Shown here: in pieces, positions 1-12,900 of the stretch | Layout: each line of letters starts with the position of its first letter | Numbering within the stretch: the first letter of the stretch is position 1 | Assembly (NCBI GenBank): GCA_950097015.1 | Contig: CATNEN010000025.1 | Span: forward strand, 6,510,001 to 6,574,000 | Length of the DNA: 64,000 nt | DNA from: Macrostomum hystrix | Taxonomy: Eukaryota > Animalia > Platyhelminthes | Reading direction: 5' to 3' | The notes under the pieces: model-generated | Seen by the model: the letters and a program-made list of their open reading frames with translations, nothing else | Database searches by the model: none | Told to the model about the DNA's origin: nothing | Made by a program: the position numbers and the translations under genes

Positions 1-1289
1 TTTTTAATTGCTTTTTGCTTAATCAACACAGGAAGTAGCAGACAGTGTTATAATTTATGGACCTTCCACATTTGCAGCAATGGGAGCCTGTGGGTTCGAA
101 CCATCGACCTCCCTATGTAAATCTGGAGCAGCATTTGGGCACACAACAGCCTCTGCGTTTCCTATAAACCTAGTTCGAAGTTTTCAAAATCAAGCCTAGC
201 AACAAAGCATGCCCAGAAATTTCCACATTTTAACCTGTTTGCATGGTCGATTTTTTCCTGAATTTATTTATACCTTTTACCGATTTTTAAACCATCCTAC
301 TGACCCGGACGAAATGCAAGTAGTGTAGATGAATATGCTTGCCTATTTGATAAAAATTCCAGAACAGATGGTGGAGCATGGACCCTGATCTGTTGCTAAC
401 TTCCATGGGATATAATGTGCGTGCGTTGCAGCCTAAAGCCACGCCAATGATAATCCCTAATCCCAATCTTCTAATCACAGATTTCTGTCAGTGCACGAAC
501 GAGAGAAATTATCACTTGGCTTTATATACTTGCTTGTCACCCGCCTTGCTTTAAAACTGATCTCAAATCCCATTTTTAATCAGAAGAAAATAACTTGAAA
601 TCGAAATTACTCAATTTCAGAGGTAGGCTGATTGAGGAACCTTACCTTCTTGTGTTCACCTAAAAATCACAATCACATTTTTGGGTCATTTTACTGCCTC
701 ACAAATCTGTCAAGTATTTATAATTTTTTTATACCAGTGTAAGAGAACCCGACGTTGTTACGTGTTAGACATTGATTTCTTGCAGGAAAATGTTTTGTGT
801 GCAAACACACGTACAATGTAAAAAAACTACGTCATAGATGACGCTTGAGTAAAAACGTTTGCAAGCGTATTACGGTAGAATAATAAAAATACTTACTTGT
901 TAGAAATACTAATATTAGTAATTGTCGATAGTTTTAGTGCGCAAAAGTAAACAAAAAAACACGACAGGGAAATTTTTGTAATTCAGGAAAGAGTTTAAAG
1001 ATAAAAAAATCGAAAAAACTTGATTTCCAAATGTAAATTTCTTTAAAATCTAAGATTTCTTTAAAATGCAATATTACATGGAAATCTAAGGCTTTTCAGC
1101 AATCAGAGGCTTCTTGGAAATCGATGATTTCTTCGAAAGCAATGGTTTCTCGGAAGTAGGTGGCATCTTGGAAAAGAAACAAAATTGATAGCTTTTTAGA
1201 TATCAATGATTTTTCGGAAATCAATTACTCCTTAGAGATCTTCGGTTTCTTTTACAAAAAATGATATGGTAAACATAGTTTCCTTCGAA

Positions 1290-1681
1290 AAATCCGAAGA
1301 TTTCTTAGAAACCGAAGATTTCTTAAAAACCGAATATTTCTTAGAAACGAAGATTTCTTAAAAACCGAAGATTTCTTAGAAACCGAAGATTTATTAGAAA
1401 CCGAAGATTTCTTAAAAACCGAAGATTTCTTAGAAACCGAAGATTTCTTAAAAACCGAAGATTTCTTAGAAACGAAGATTTCTTAAAAACCGAAGATTTC
1501 TTAGAAACCGAAGATTTCTTAAAAACCGAAGATTTCTTAGAAACGAAGATTTCTTAAAAACCGAAGATTTCTTAGAAACCGAAGATTTCTTAAAAACCGA
1601 AGATTTCTTAGAAACCAAAGATTTCTTAGAAACCAAAGATTTCTTAGAAACCGAAGATTTATTAGAAACCGAAGATTTCTT
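1290..1681. repeat. 19-20 bp minisatellite (GAAACCGAAGATTTCTTA[A/G]A) in the ODAD2 intron
   Basis: Tandem copies are directly visible and end about 50 nt before the acceptor at 1733-1734. ORFs 1466-1693 and 1537-1794 are repeat read-throughs. Confidence 0.95.
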
Positions 1682-1734
1682 TGCACGTTGCATCTAATCA
1701 TCCCCGCCTGACCCTTGAACGTCCCTCCGTGCAG

Positions 1735-2971
1735 GTTCTCGTCAACGTAGTCGGCGCCCTCGGCGAGATGGCCGCGGAGCAGCAGAATCGGCACGCGATT
1801 CGCAAGGCCGGAGGTGTTGGGCCGCTCGTCCAGCTGCTGACAGGTACCAATCAGGCGCTGCTGGTCAACACGACGCGAGCTGTGGGTCGCTGTGCCCAGG
1901 AGAAAGAGAACATGGCCATCATCGATCGCATGGACGGTGTTCGCCTGCTCTGGTCTCTGTTGAAGAACTCGAACCCGGATGTGCAGGCCAGCGCTGCGTA
2001 TGCCATCTGTCCGTGCATCGACAATGTCAACGATGCTGGCGAAATGGTCCGGTCATACGTTGGTGGATTGGAGCTGATTGTTCATCTGCTCAGGTCCGAC
2101 AATATCAAGGTGAGATTATCGATTCAAGTCCCGAATGCGAATCGAAATCCTAAATGATCTTGAAATCCTCAAAATGAGATCTTCCGATTTCGGATCCGGC
2201 AGGTTCTCGCCGCCATCTGCGCAGCCGTCGCCAGCATCGCCAAGGACGAAGAGAATCTCGCCGTGCTGACTGACCACGGCGTCATTCCGCTGCTAGCGGG
2301 ACTCACCCGCACCCACGATGAGGAGCTCAAGCGGCACCTGTCCGAGGCCATTGCCTGCTGCTGCACCTGGGGCAACAACAGAGTTGTCTTCGGCAAGGAG
2401 GGCGCTGTGGCTCCGCTGGTGTCCTACCTGCGGGTGAAGGTAGAGCCCCTGGGAGTGACTCACTCGGCTCAACTAGGAATGACTCACTCGGCTCAACTGG
2501 GAATGACTCACTCGGCTCAACTAGGAATGACTCACTTTGCTCACCTGGAAATGACTCACTCTGCTAAACCTGGGAATGACTCACTCTGCTCAACTGGGAA
2601 TGACTCACGCTGCTCACATGGAAATGACTCACTCTGCTCAACTAGGAATGAGTCACTTTGCTTACCTTTACTCAACTTGAAATATCTCCCAACTCATCCA
2701 GGATCCCAAGGTGCACCGCAGCACGGCCCGCGCCCTGCACGAGCTTAGCCGTCACCCGGACAACTGCATCGCCATGCACGACTGCGGCGTGGTGCGCCAC
2801 CTCCTCGGTCTGGTCGGCTCCGACGATGAAGCACTGCAGCTGGCCGCCTCGGGCTGCATCGCCAACATCCGGCGCCTCGCCATGGCAAACGAGAAGTCGC
2901 GCCAGAACGCCAAGGCTCGCGGCGGCGGCGGCGGCGGCGGCAACGGAAAATCCGCGGTGGCTGCGAAGTAG
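1735..2971 (+). CDS. ODAD2: Armadillo-repeat outer dynein arm docking protein (ARMC4/ODAD2), last three exons; 5' exons lie upstream of the window or were not found
   Basis: Exons 1735-2109, 2203-2439 and 2702-2971 (stop TAG) join through phase-0 GT-AG introns. The translation [11 protein letters not shown]...[13 protein letters not shown]...[12 protein letters not shown]...[23 protein letters not shown]...[17 protein letters not shown]...[16 protein letters not shown] is colinear with the C-terminal ARM repeats of ARMC4 as I recall them. Confidence 0.92.
2450..2660. repeat. 24-bp minisatellite in the last ODAD2 intron, each unit with TGA(C/G)TCA
   Basis: The TGA(C/G)TCA heptamer recurs at a 24-nt period from 2456 to 2648 (9 units). 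Confidence 0.9.
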
Positions 2972-4092
2972 ATCCTTGAACTTCTATTTCTAAGAAAACT
3001 ATTTATTCTAACAAAATATTTGCATGGCGTTTGTTCTATGTAACCGAAAATTCTTTTTTTCTGATCTTAGATCGCCGATCCGTTAAATTTAAATTGACGG
3101 GGAGTAAAAATTTCTCAGTCTCGAACCGCCGCCCTCTCCCAGCTTCCTGTCACCTGAGCAAAATTGGAAATGTTTAACTGACTTTGGCTGGAAAGCCTTA
3201 CTGACAGTAGCAACATGGGGACAAGCGGGCCTGTGCCGACGTTTTTTAATACTTTTTTATCACTGTTAATTTTTTTTGCAGTTCAAGTAAATAAAATTTA
3301 TAAGCAACAATTCAGATAATTTAAAGACAAAAGTAAAACATATTGATGCCTGTAAGAGGTTTTTGTCTTTTGGTAATTCTTGAGAACAGTAGCAAACTAG
3401 ACAACTATAAATCAATTATATTTTTCTATTATCCTAAAATATGGAAATCAAAACTGAAAATATTATTTTAAATGAATTTACAAAACTATTTCCCCAGAAA
3501 AATATTCTTAGAAACTACTTTTCGAAATAAAAATTACCTGGAAACGTAGCGTTTTAAATTTCAGGACTGCACTAATCTTGTCCATCAACAAGAACTATTT
3601 TCTTGCTCTTCTAGTGCGCTTCAATTCCGAAAAATTCTGTCCTGACCCGACCGAAAGTAGCATGTCAACTTCCGTTTCATCGGAGCCGCTAAAAAGAGGA
3701 CTCGTGGTAGAGGGATAGAAAAAATAAAACATTTCTGAAGGCCGAGAAGCGTGCCAGAATCAATCTGATTTAGTTTCCAATCTGACAGAGGCATGGTTGA
3801 GTGAGACGGTCCCACAGAACACGGACGGCCGCTGTTTGCTATTTTTAGGTTTCATAATCAAAGCTAGATAGCGTTTGCCCGACGGTGGTAGTCTGCCATC
3901 ATACAGTCGGTCATCTTGTAGATTCGTGTGCGCGTGTTCCTAACAGATAGTTAATTATACATTTTTTCATCAGCCGAAGCGGTCTGAATTTCGGAAATTT
4001 TAGCCAAATTAGAATAAAAAATTCTTTCTGGCTTCAAAGCATAGGTATGTTGGATCCCGAAAGCTCATGCATGTCGAAATGCTCATAATGCT

Positions 4093-5323
4093 GGAGAACA
4101 GGTGTGCGGCAGAACAGGTGTGTGTGTGTGTGGGAGAACAGGTGTGTGTGTGTGTGTGGGAGAACAGGTGTGTGTGTGTGTGGGAGAACAGGTGTGTGTG
4201 TGTGTGGGAGAACAGGTGTGTGTGTGTGTGGGAGAACAGGTGTGTGTGTGTGTGGGAGAACAGGTGTGTGTGTGTGGGAGAACAGGTGTGTGTGTGTGTG
4301 TGGGAGAACAGGTGTGTGTGTGTGGGAGAACAGGTGTGTGTGTGTGGGAGAACAGGTGTGTGTGTGTATGTGTGTGGGAGAACAGGTGTGTGTGTGGGAG
4401 AACAGGTGTCTGTGTGTGTGGGAGAACAGGTGTGAGGGAGAACAGGTGTGTGGGAGAACAGGTGTGCGGCAGAACAGGTGTGTGTGTGTGTGTGTGTGGG
4501 AGAACAGGTGTGTGTGTGTGTGGGAGAACAGGTGTGCGGCAGAACAGGTGTGTGTGTGTGTGTGTGGGAGAACAGGTGTCCGGCAGAACAGGTGTGTGTG
4601 TGGGAGAACAGGTGTGAGGGAGAACAGGTGTGTGGGAGAATAGGTGTGCGGCAGAACAGGTGTGTGTGTGTGTGTGTGTGGGAGAACAGGTGTGTGGGAG
4701 AACAGGTGTGTGGGAGAATAGGTGTGCGGCAGAACAGGTGTGTGTGTGTGTGTGTGGGAGAACAGGTGTGTGTGTGTGGGAGAACAGGTGTGTGTGCGGC
4801 AGAACAGGTGTGTGTGTGGGAGAACAGGTGTGTGTGTTGGAGAACTGGTATATGTATGGTAGAACAGGTGTGTGTGTGGGAGAACAGGTGTGTGTGGGAG
4901 AACAGGTGTGTGTGTTGGAGAACATGTATATGTATGGTAGAACAGGTGTGTGTGGCAGAAAAGGTGTGTGTGGCAGAACAGGTGTGTGTGGGAGAACAGG
5001 TGTGTGTGGGAGAACAGGTGTGTGTGGCAGAAAAGGTGTGTGTGGCAGAAAAGGTGTGTGTGGCAGAACAGGTGTGTGTGGGAGAACAGGTGTGTGTGGG
5101 AGAACAGGTGTGTGTGGCAGAAAAGGTGTGTGTGGCAGAAAAGGTGTGTGTGGCAGAACAGGTGTGTGTGGGAGAACAGGTGTGTGTGGGAGAACAGGTA
5201 TGTGTGGGAGAACAGGTGTGTGTGGGAGAACAGGTGTGTGTGGGAGAACAGGTGTGTGTGGGAGAACAGGTGTTTGTGGGAGAACAGGTGTGTGTGGGAG
5301 AACAGGTGTGTGTGGGAGAACAG
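4093..5323. repeat. Compound minisatellite GGGAGAACAG(GT)n between the convergent ODAD2 and K2P 3' ends
   Basis: A fixed GGGAGAACAG core is followed by a variable (GT)n spacer. All ORFs here (CVWENR..., HTPVLP...) are repeat translations. Confidence 0.95.
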
Positions 5324-6310
5324 GAAAGGACTGAAAGGATTTAATCAAAAGCAAATCGATAAATGGCAAATTAATATGCTGAAAAGTCTTATCGAGCTCT
5401 TGTGTTAACTAAAAAAATCTTTTTTAAATATCTTTTTCACAATAAATATCGTTCTCTTCTCTTCAATAAATGCTACAAAAGCAATGAGGAAGTGCCGCTG
5501 GAAAGTCAAACAAAATTGCGTGCTGTTTCAGAGCTGACAGTGTGTGACAGTGATTGCGGATTGGTATAGCAAGCAGAAAAAGCAGAAAATAAAAGAATAA
5601 CATTCATTACAATAGCCTTGCTGAATTAACAGAGAGATCAAACTGAAAGAAAAAGTCGAACATTTAAGTACAAGATGATTATTTTAACATTGAAGTATAG
5701 CTCGTACTCGTAGATGCCTAAAATAAGTACGAAACATTTTGCAATCCTTGCTTCTTATAATCGTGGATTCGAAGAATGATGAGTTCATCGAATAAATATT
5801 CATATATTCATAAAGTCCTAGAACTCAATAATGGCTTTATGTAAAAAATTCGAGAATAGAAATTTTCTGCAAACTTTCTAGGAAAGCACATTTAAAAATT
5901 CCGATTTTGAATGGTTTTATTTTGCTTTTTAGAATCGATATTTCGAAGAAATCATTTTTAAAATTCAAAATTTTTGAAAGTTGACCCTCCTTATGATATA
6001 CATTTGTTGGACTTCATTTTATAGAATCTGGACATCCTATAAGAAAGGTTTTTTAGTCTAGATTTTTAATGATGAGGTCTTAAAATGTTTTTTTTCAAAG
6101 CTATGAAGGTTTTTAGAATCTAGGTTTCTTAGAATTAGGATTTCTTAGAATCAGGATTTCTTGAATTAGTATTTTTAGAATCAGGATTTCTTAGAATCAT
6201 AATTTCTTAGAATGTGGATTTCCTAGAATCTTGATTTGTGCCCGTGGTTGTAGATTTTTTAGAATATTCATTTCTTAGCGATTTTTTAGTTTTAGAAACA
6301 GAATTTCTTA

Positions 6311-6890
6311 GAATCAGGGGGTAGTTAGAGATGGGATTTCTTTGAATCTGGTTGTTAGGGATGGGATTTATTAAAATCTGATAGTTAGAGATGGGATTTC
6401 TTTGAATCTGGTTGTTAGGGATGAAATTTATTAAAATCTGATAGTTAGGGATGGGATTTCTTTGAATCTGGTTGTTAGGGATGGGATTTATTAAAATCTG
6501 ATAGTTAGAGATGGGATTTCTTTGAATCTGGTTGTTAGGGATGGGATTTATTAAAATCTGATAGTTAGGAATGGGATTTATTTGAATCTGGTTGTTAGGG
6601 ATGGGATTTATTAAAATCTGATAGTTTGGGATGGGATTTATTTGAATCTGGTTGTTAGGGGATTTATTAAAATCTGATAGTTAGGGATGGGATTTCTTTG
6701 AATCTGGTTGTTAGGGGATTTATTAAAATCTGATAGTTAGGTATGGGATTTCTTTGAATCTGGTTGTTAGGGATGGGACTTATTAAAATCTGATAGTTAG
6801 GGATGGGATTTCTTAAAATCTGATAGTTAGGGATGGGATTTATAAAAATCTGATAGTTAGGGGTGGGATTTCTTTGAAGCTGTTAGTTAG
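6311..6890. repeat. Alternating 30+30 bp dimeric minisatellite containing TTAGGG
   Basis: Unit A ATGGGATTTCTTTGAATCTGGTTGTTAGGG alternates with unit B ATGGGATTTATTAAAATCTGATAGTTAG(A/G)G. The array ends about 45 nt from the K2P stop codon. Confidence 0.9.
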
Positions 6891-6933
6891 ATATGATTTC
6901 ATTGGCTGCCATGTAGCTTTCAGTTTGTTGTCT

Positions 6934-9900
6934 TCACTGATCGTTGCTGAATTTCACACTCAAAACGGTCGTTGGCGTCGCAGCTGCCACTGCGGTGTCG
7001 GTAGCCTCCATTCGTCGCCTCTGTAGTCGTCGCAATCGACGACGCCTTCTTCGTCTCGCCTCGGCACGTCTGGCCGCGGCCGCTGATGAGGCAGCTGACG
7101 CCGCAGCCGCTGCGGCCGCAGCGGCCACTGCCGGATCGGCCGGTACAATGCCAAGTCGACGTCCCAGTCGACGCACCTTCTGCACAACCTCCTCCTGCAT
7201 CAGCTTGAAGCACATTGCGAACACCGAGAGGCCGATGGCAACATAGAGTGTCGTCGCAATGAGCTTTTCCTTTGGGTTCTGCGAGTTCACTTCGGTGCCT
7301 TCGAGTTAAAAAAAAATAATTTTACCTTCCCGAAATGTTTAGTATAGAACGCAAAGTTAAAAGTGCGGTTGACCAAAAATATTGCGATAGAGAACGGGGT
7401 CTAAACTATGATTGCCCCTAGCAGCGGAAAATGCAGCGATGACAGGTCAATCCCGTGCAAACATGTCAACCCTGCTGCCATCTGGGATTGATTAATGTAA
7501 GTCCGCACTTGCCACATTACTAACAGCTGTGGGTGCTGCTTTGCTGCATTATTTACGTTTTGTGGAGGAGACAGTTGGTTAGGGACGACTGTTTGCTAAA
7601 AGCGGTCGCTTAGCCTGTCACAGCTGATAGATTTAAACTTTAGGAATTATTAATTAAAGCATGTAAAACTTGTATACACGGACAAAGGTAGGCCCCAGCT
7701 AGGCGCATTGTTTGTCTAGAAAAAATATGAAAAAGCTGTGTAAAATGTTTATTAAGTACCACCGGCTAAAGCAAATGTTTTAAAAGTGCAACTACCAGGT
7801 AAAAATTCACGAGCTTCAAATAGGAAGTCGTTTACATCAAAGTGTTCGAAACCTTTGTGTTCCCCCGTTGAACTCAACCTACTCAAATAAGATTTTATCA
7901 GAGGTTAAGATGAGCTGAGCTCGTGTGCTCAAAGATACATTTTCTTCTATTGGTTTTTTCTTATCAAGAGAATGCTTAATAGGTCAACTGCGAGAATTGA
8001 TTGCAACGCAGGAGCCAGGGCCTCAAATTAGAGCAGAGTCTCAGGAGGGAGAGCAGAGTCTCATGAGGGAGAGCAGAGTCTCAGGAGGGAGAGCAGAGTC
8101 TCATGAGGGAGAGCAGAGTCTCATGAGGGAGAGCAGAGTCTCATGAGGGAGAGCAGAGTCTCAGGAGGGAGAGCAGAGTCTCGAGGGAGAGCAGAGTCTC
8201 AGGAGGGAGAGCAGAGTCTCAGGAGGGAGAGCAGAGTCTCATGAGGGAGAGCAGAGTCTCAGGAGGGAGAGCAGAGTCTCATGAGGGAGAGCAGAGTCTC
8301 AGGAGGGAGAGCAGAGTCTCATGAGGGAGAGCAGAGTCTCAGGAGGGAGAGCAGAGTCTCATGAGGGAGAGCAGAGTCTCATGAGGGAGAGCAGAGTCTC
8401 ATGAGGGAGAGCAGAGTCTCAGGAGGGAGAGCAGAGTCTCATGAGGGAGAGCAGAGTCTCATGAGGGAGAGCAGAGTCTCATGAGGGAGAGCAGAGTCTC
8501 AGGAGGGAGAGCAGAGTCTCAGGAGGGAGAGCAGAGTCTCAGGAGGGAGAGCAGAGTCTCAGGAGGGAGAGCAGAGTCTCAGGAGGGAGAGCAGAGTCTC
8601 AGGAGGGAGAGCAGAGTCTCATGAGGGAGAGCAGAGTCTCAGGAGGGAGAGCAGAGTCTCATGAGGGAGAGCAGAGTCTCATGAGGGAGAGCAGAGTCTC
8701 ATGAGGGAGAGCAGAGTCTCAGGAGGGAGAGCAGAGTCTCAGGAGGGAGAACAGAGTCTCAGGAGGGAGAGCAGAGTCTCAGGAGGGAGAACAGAGTCTC
8801 AGGAGGGAGAGCAGAGTCTCAGGAGGGAGAGCAGAGTCTCATGAGGGAGAGCAGAGTCTCAGGAGGGAGAGCAGAGTCTCATGAGGGAGAGCAGAGTCTC
8901 AGGAGGGAGAGCAGAGTCTCAGGAGGGAGAGCAGAGTCTCAGGAGGGAGAGCAGGGTCTCAGGAGGGAGAGCAGAGTCTCAGGAGGGAGAGCAGAGTCTC
9001 AAGAGGGAGAGCAGAGTCTCAGGAGGGAGAGCAGAGTCTCAGGAGGGAGAGCAGAGTCTCATGAGGGAGAGCAGAGTCTCAGGAGGGAGAGCAGAGTCTC
9101 ATGAGGGAGAGCAGAGTCTCAGGAGGGAGAGCAGAGTCTCATGAGGGAGAGCAGAGTCTCAGGAGGGAGAGCAGAGTCTCAGGAGGGAGAGCAGAGTCTC
9201 AGGAGGGAGAGCAGGGTCTCAGGAGGGAGAGCAGAGTCTCATGAGGGAGAGCAGAGTCTCAGGAGGGAGAGCAGAGTCTCATGAGGGAGAGCAGAGTCTC
9301 AGGAGGGAGAGCAGAGTCTCAGGAGGGAGAGCAGAGTCTCAGGAGGGAGAGCAGAGTCTCAGGAGGGAGAGCAGAGTCTCAGGAGGGAGAGCAGAGTCTC
9401 ATGAGGGAGAGCAGAGTCTCAGGAGGGAGAGCAGAGTCTCAGGAGGGAGAGCAGAGTCTCATGAGGGAGAGCAGAGTCTCAGGAGGGAGAGCAGAGTCTC
9501 ATGAGGGAGAGCAGAGTCTCAGGAGGGAGAGCAGAGTCTCAGGAGGGAGAGCAGAGTCTCATGAGGGAGAGCAGAGTCTCAGGAGGGAGAGCAGAGTCTC
9601 ATGAGGGAGAGCAGAGTCTCAGGAGGGAGAGCAGAGTCTCAGGAGGGAGAGCAGAGTCTCAGGAGGGAGAGCAGAGTCTCAGGAGGGAGAGCAGAGTCTC
9701 AGGAGGGAGAGCAGAGTCTCAGGAGGGAGAGCAGGGTCTCAGGAGGGAGAGCAGAGTCTCAGGAGGGAGAGCAGAGTCTCAAGAGGGAGAGCAGAGTCTC
9801 AGGAGGGAGAGCAGAGTCTCATGAGGGAGAGCAGAGTCTCAGGAGGGAGAGCAGAGTCTCAGGAGGGAGAGCAGAGTCTCAGGAGGGAGAGCAGAGTCTC

Positions 9901-12900
9901 AGGAGGGAGAGCAGAGTCTCAGGAGGGAGAGCAGAGTCTCAGGAGGGAGAGCAGAGTCTCAGGAGGGAGAGCAGAGTCTCAGGAGGGAGAGCAGGGTCTC
10001 AGGAGGGAGAGCAGAGTCTCAGGAGGGAGAGCAGAGTCTCATGAGGGAGAGCAGAGTCTCAGGAGGGAGAGCAGAGTCTCAGGAGGGAGAGCAGAGTCTC
10101 AGGAGGGAGAGAAGAGTCTCAGGAGGGAGAGCAGAGTCTCAGGAGGGAGAGCAGAGTCTCAGGAGGGAGAGCAGAGTCTCAGGAGGGAGAGAAGAGTCTC
10201 CTGATGGAGAGCAGAGTCTCCTGATGGAGAGCAGAGTCTCATGAGGGAGAGCAGAGTCTCAGGAGGGAGAGCAGAGTCTCAGGAGGGAGAGCAGAGTCTC
10301 CTGATGGAGAGCAGAGTCTCAGGAGGGAGAGCAGAGTCTCCTGTGAGTCCAAAGGTTTCAAAAATCTAATGCAACAAAACAACGATCTCACCGGGCACGA
10401 TATCGCCAAAGCCGATTGTACTCAAAGTGATGAAGCAAAAGTAGGACCACTTTATGTAGTCCGCCGTCTCCCAGATTGTGAACATGAACGCTCCCAGCAC
10501 AACGTAGCCAATCATGACGGCGATAGACAGGCTCAGTGGCACAGTCACGTGACGCAATCTACGCCGAAGCTTGTTGGATGAAACTCGGCGAGAACTATTT
10601 CCTGCGCCGATCAGAATGCCGTTGGACGACCTTGACAGCCGCCGCTCCGGATTGGCTGGCTCGTCCTCCATGCCGGATGTGCTGGACGACACGCAGCTGC
10701 TGTCGTCACTGTTGGAGTCTCCAGCATCCAGGCTGATGTAGCTGATTCGTTGAGGCTTCAAATACTTCGCATCCTCTTCGGCGGCTTCCTTGGCATTCAA
10801 CGGAGGAGCTTCGGCCGACGTCGGCGTGGTGGCAGCTGAGACAACGCCGCTACCATCGGCCGGGACTCCGAGACAGCGCCAGTCGACAATCGGCGCCTCG
10901 CTTGGAGTCTCTTTTGATTCGGCAGCGAGTGCGGAGTGCAGACCCTGCTGCGGCGTGGAGACGCTTCGTCTGATGGCTCGCCTCGGCCGCATCGGCGATA
11001 TCGGCTTAGCCGGCAGGAGTCGCGAGGTGACGTAGGCGCGCCGAGCTCGCGGATCTTCCGGATCCAACTCGGGCGAGTCGAAGCTGCTCAGCCGAAGGCC
11101 GGCGGGCAGCGAGTCCGACTTGTTGACCCCTGCACCAAAGCCGGTGTCTTCGCTGCTCCTGGCAACACCGCCGACTACTCCGCTAGGGTGGCACTGCGGC
11201 AGCAGAGGCTGGGCAAAGCGTTTCTTAACGCGGATCATGTCCAGAGCCAGTTTGGCAGCCGCAGCCTGACTTCCGTTCTGGTCGCCTCCCGTAGCAGTTT
11301 CCGACTTGGCCTTTGCTTCGCACAGTCGGAATCTTTTGAAGTACGGCCGGCACAGATTGGTGTACAGGAGGCGAAATCCGTCGGCCAAGTAGTCGCCGAT
11401 GTTGTTGAGGTACAGGAACATCAGCGGAATGCCGAAGAATGCGCACACGATGGTGCAGATCATGCCAAGCTGAGACTTCGGCGCTGCGTGACCGTAGCCT
11501 GCGGGCGAGTTTGAGACTCGTGTGACTCAAATACATGACCGGATTCACTCCCGTCTCTTTCACTCCCGGTGAGTCCCCGTGATCGTGACTCCCCTCCACT
11601 TTGTAATCTCACCCTCTACTACCCCTCCTCTCTCTAGTCTCAATCTCTACTACCTCTCCTATATCTAATCTCACCCTCTACTACCCCTCCTATCTCTAAT
11701 CTCACCCTCTACTACGCCTCCTATCTCTAATCTCACCCTCTACTGCACCTCCTATCTCTAGTCTCACCCTCTACTGCCCCTCCTCTCTCTAGTCTCAATC
11801 TCTACTACCTCTCCTATCTCTAAACTCACCCTCTACTACCCCTCCTATCTCTAATCTCAATCTCTACTACCCCTCCTATCTCTAATCTCACCCTCTACTT
11901 CCCTACTGCAGCCTGGTTCAGTTTTTCAGATTTTTTCAGAATTTAGTGTCAGTCCTGTACAAACAAAAAAGAGATATTTTCTAGACATTTTTAATAAAAA
12001 ACTGTCTCTCAGGGGATTATGTTCAGCAGTCTTGATCCCACAAAGAATTGGGATGTGAAAAAACTAAATTAACGACTGTCTGTATCCAGGAAGTCAGCAA
12101 GATCCCACAAGCTAATGCCTCCTCATTTTGGAATAGCATATTTTTTGTTTCCAGCCAAGACTTCAATTTGTACCAACTGCGTTTTTCGCTAAATATGTAG
12201 GACATTGCGCGCGATTGTGAGTTACACAACAAAAGTTAGTGACGCCAGTACAGAGTCACACTAGAATGAGGCTATAGTATGAGTCACACTAGAATGAGGC
12301 TATAGTATGAGTCACACTAGAATGAGGCTATAGTATGAGTCACACTAGAATGAGGCTCTAGTATGAGACACACTAGAATGAGGCTATAGTATGAGTCACA
12401 CTAGAATGAGGCTATAGTATGAGTCACACTAGAATGAAGCTATAGTATGAGTCACACTAGAATGAGGCTCTAGTATGAGACACACTAGAATGAGGCTATA
12501 GTATGAGTCACACTAGAATGAGGCTATAGTATGAGTCACACTAGAATGAGGCTCTAGTATGAGACACACTAGAATGAGGCTATAGTATGAGTCACACTAG
12601 AATGAGGCTATAGTATGAGTCACACTAGAATGAAGCTATAGTATGAGTCACACTAGAATGTTTATAGTAGCAATCTGTCCAATACTTGTAATCCAAAATT
12701 TGCCGCGAGTCCAGACTAGGGTGTCCACCGGAGCGAGCTCAAGAATTATCGGTAAGCTTAAACATATGAGCTAAAATTCTATTACGCTCAGATTTTTTGT
12801 CTGAACCCAATAATTTTGCGACCATTCCTTCTACGTTGCTCGACGTCTAACAAACCAGTCATATTATTTCTGATTTGATTAACGACATTGTTAGGAGTTT

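Noticed and set aside
4067-5408. Long Cys/Val- or His/Thr/Pro-rich ORFs, and similar ORFs at 8841-10244, 14958-16079, 22149-22634, 29286-29913, 49618-50415, 56699-57898 and 62137-62556
   Set aside because: They are translations of stop-free tandem repeats, open in several frames on both strands, with no splice or codon support.
6311-6890. Interstitial telomere
   Set aside because: TTAGGG occurs once per 30-bp unit, never as tandem hexamers.
8030-10343. CRISPR-like appearance of the regular arrays (also 12253-12660, 40250-41135, 44485-47822, 49627-50375)
   Set aside because: Units are head-to-tail with no unique spacers, there are no cas genes, and the context is eukaryotic introns.
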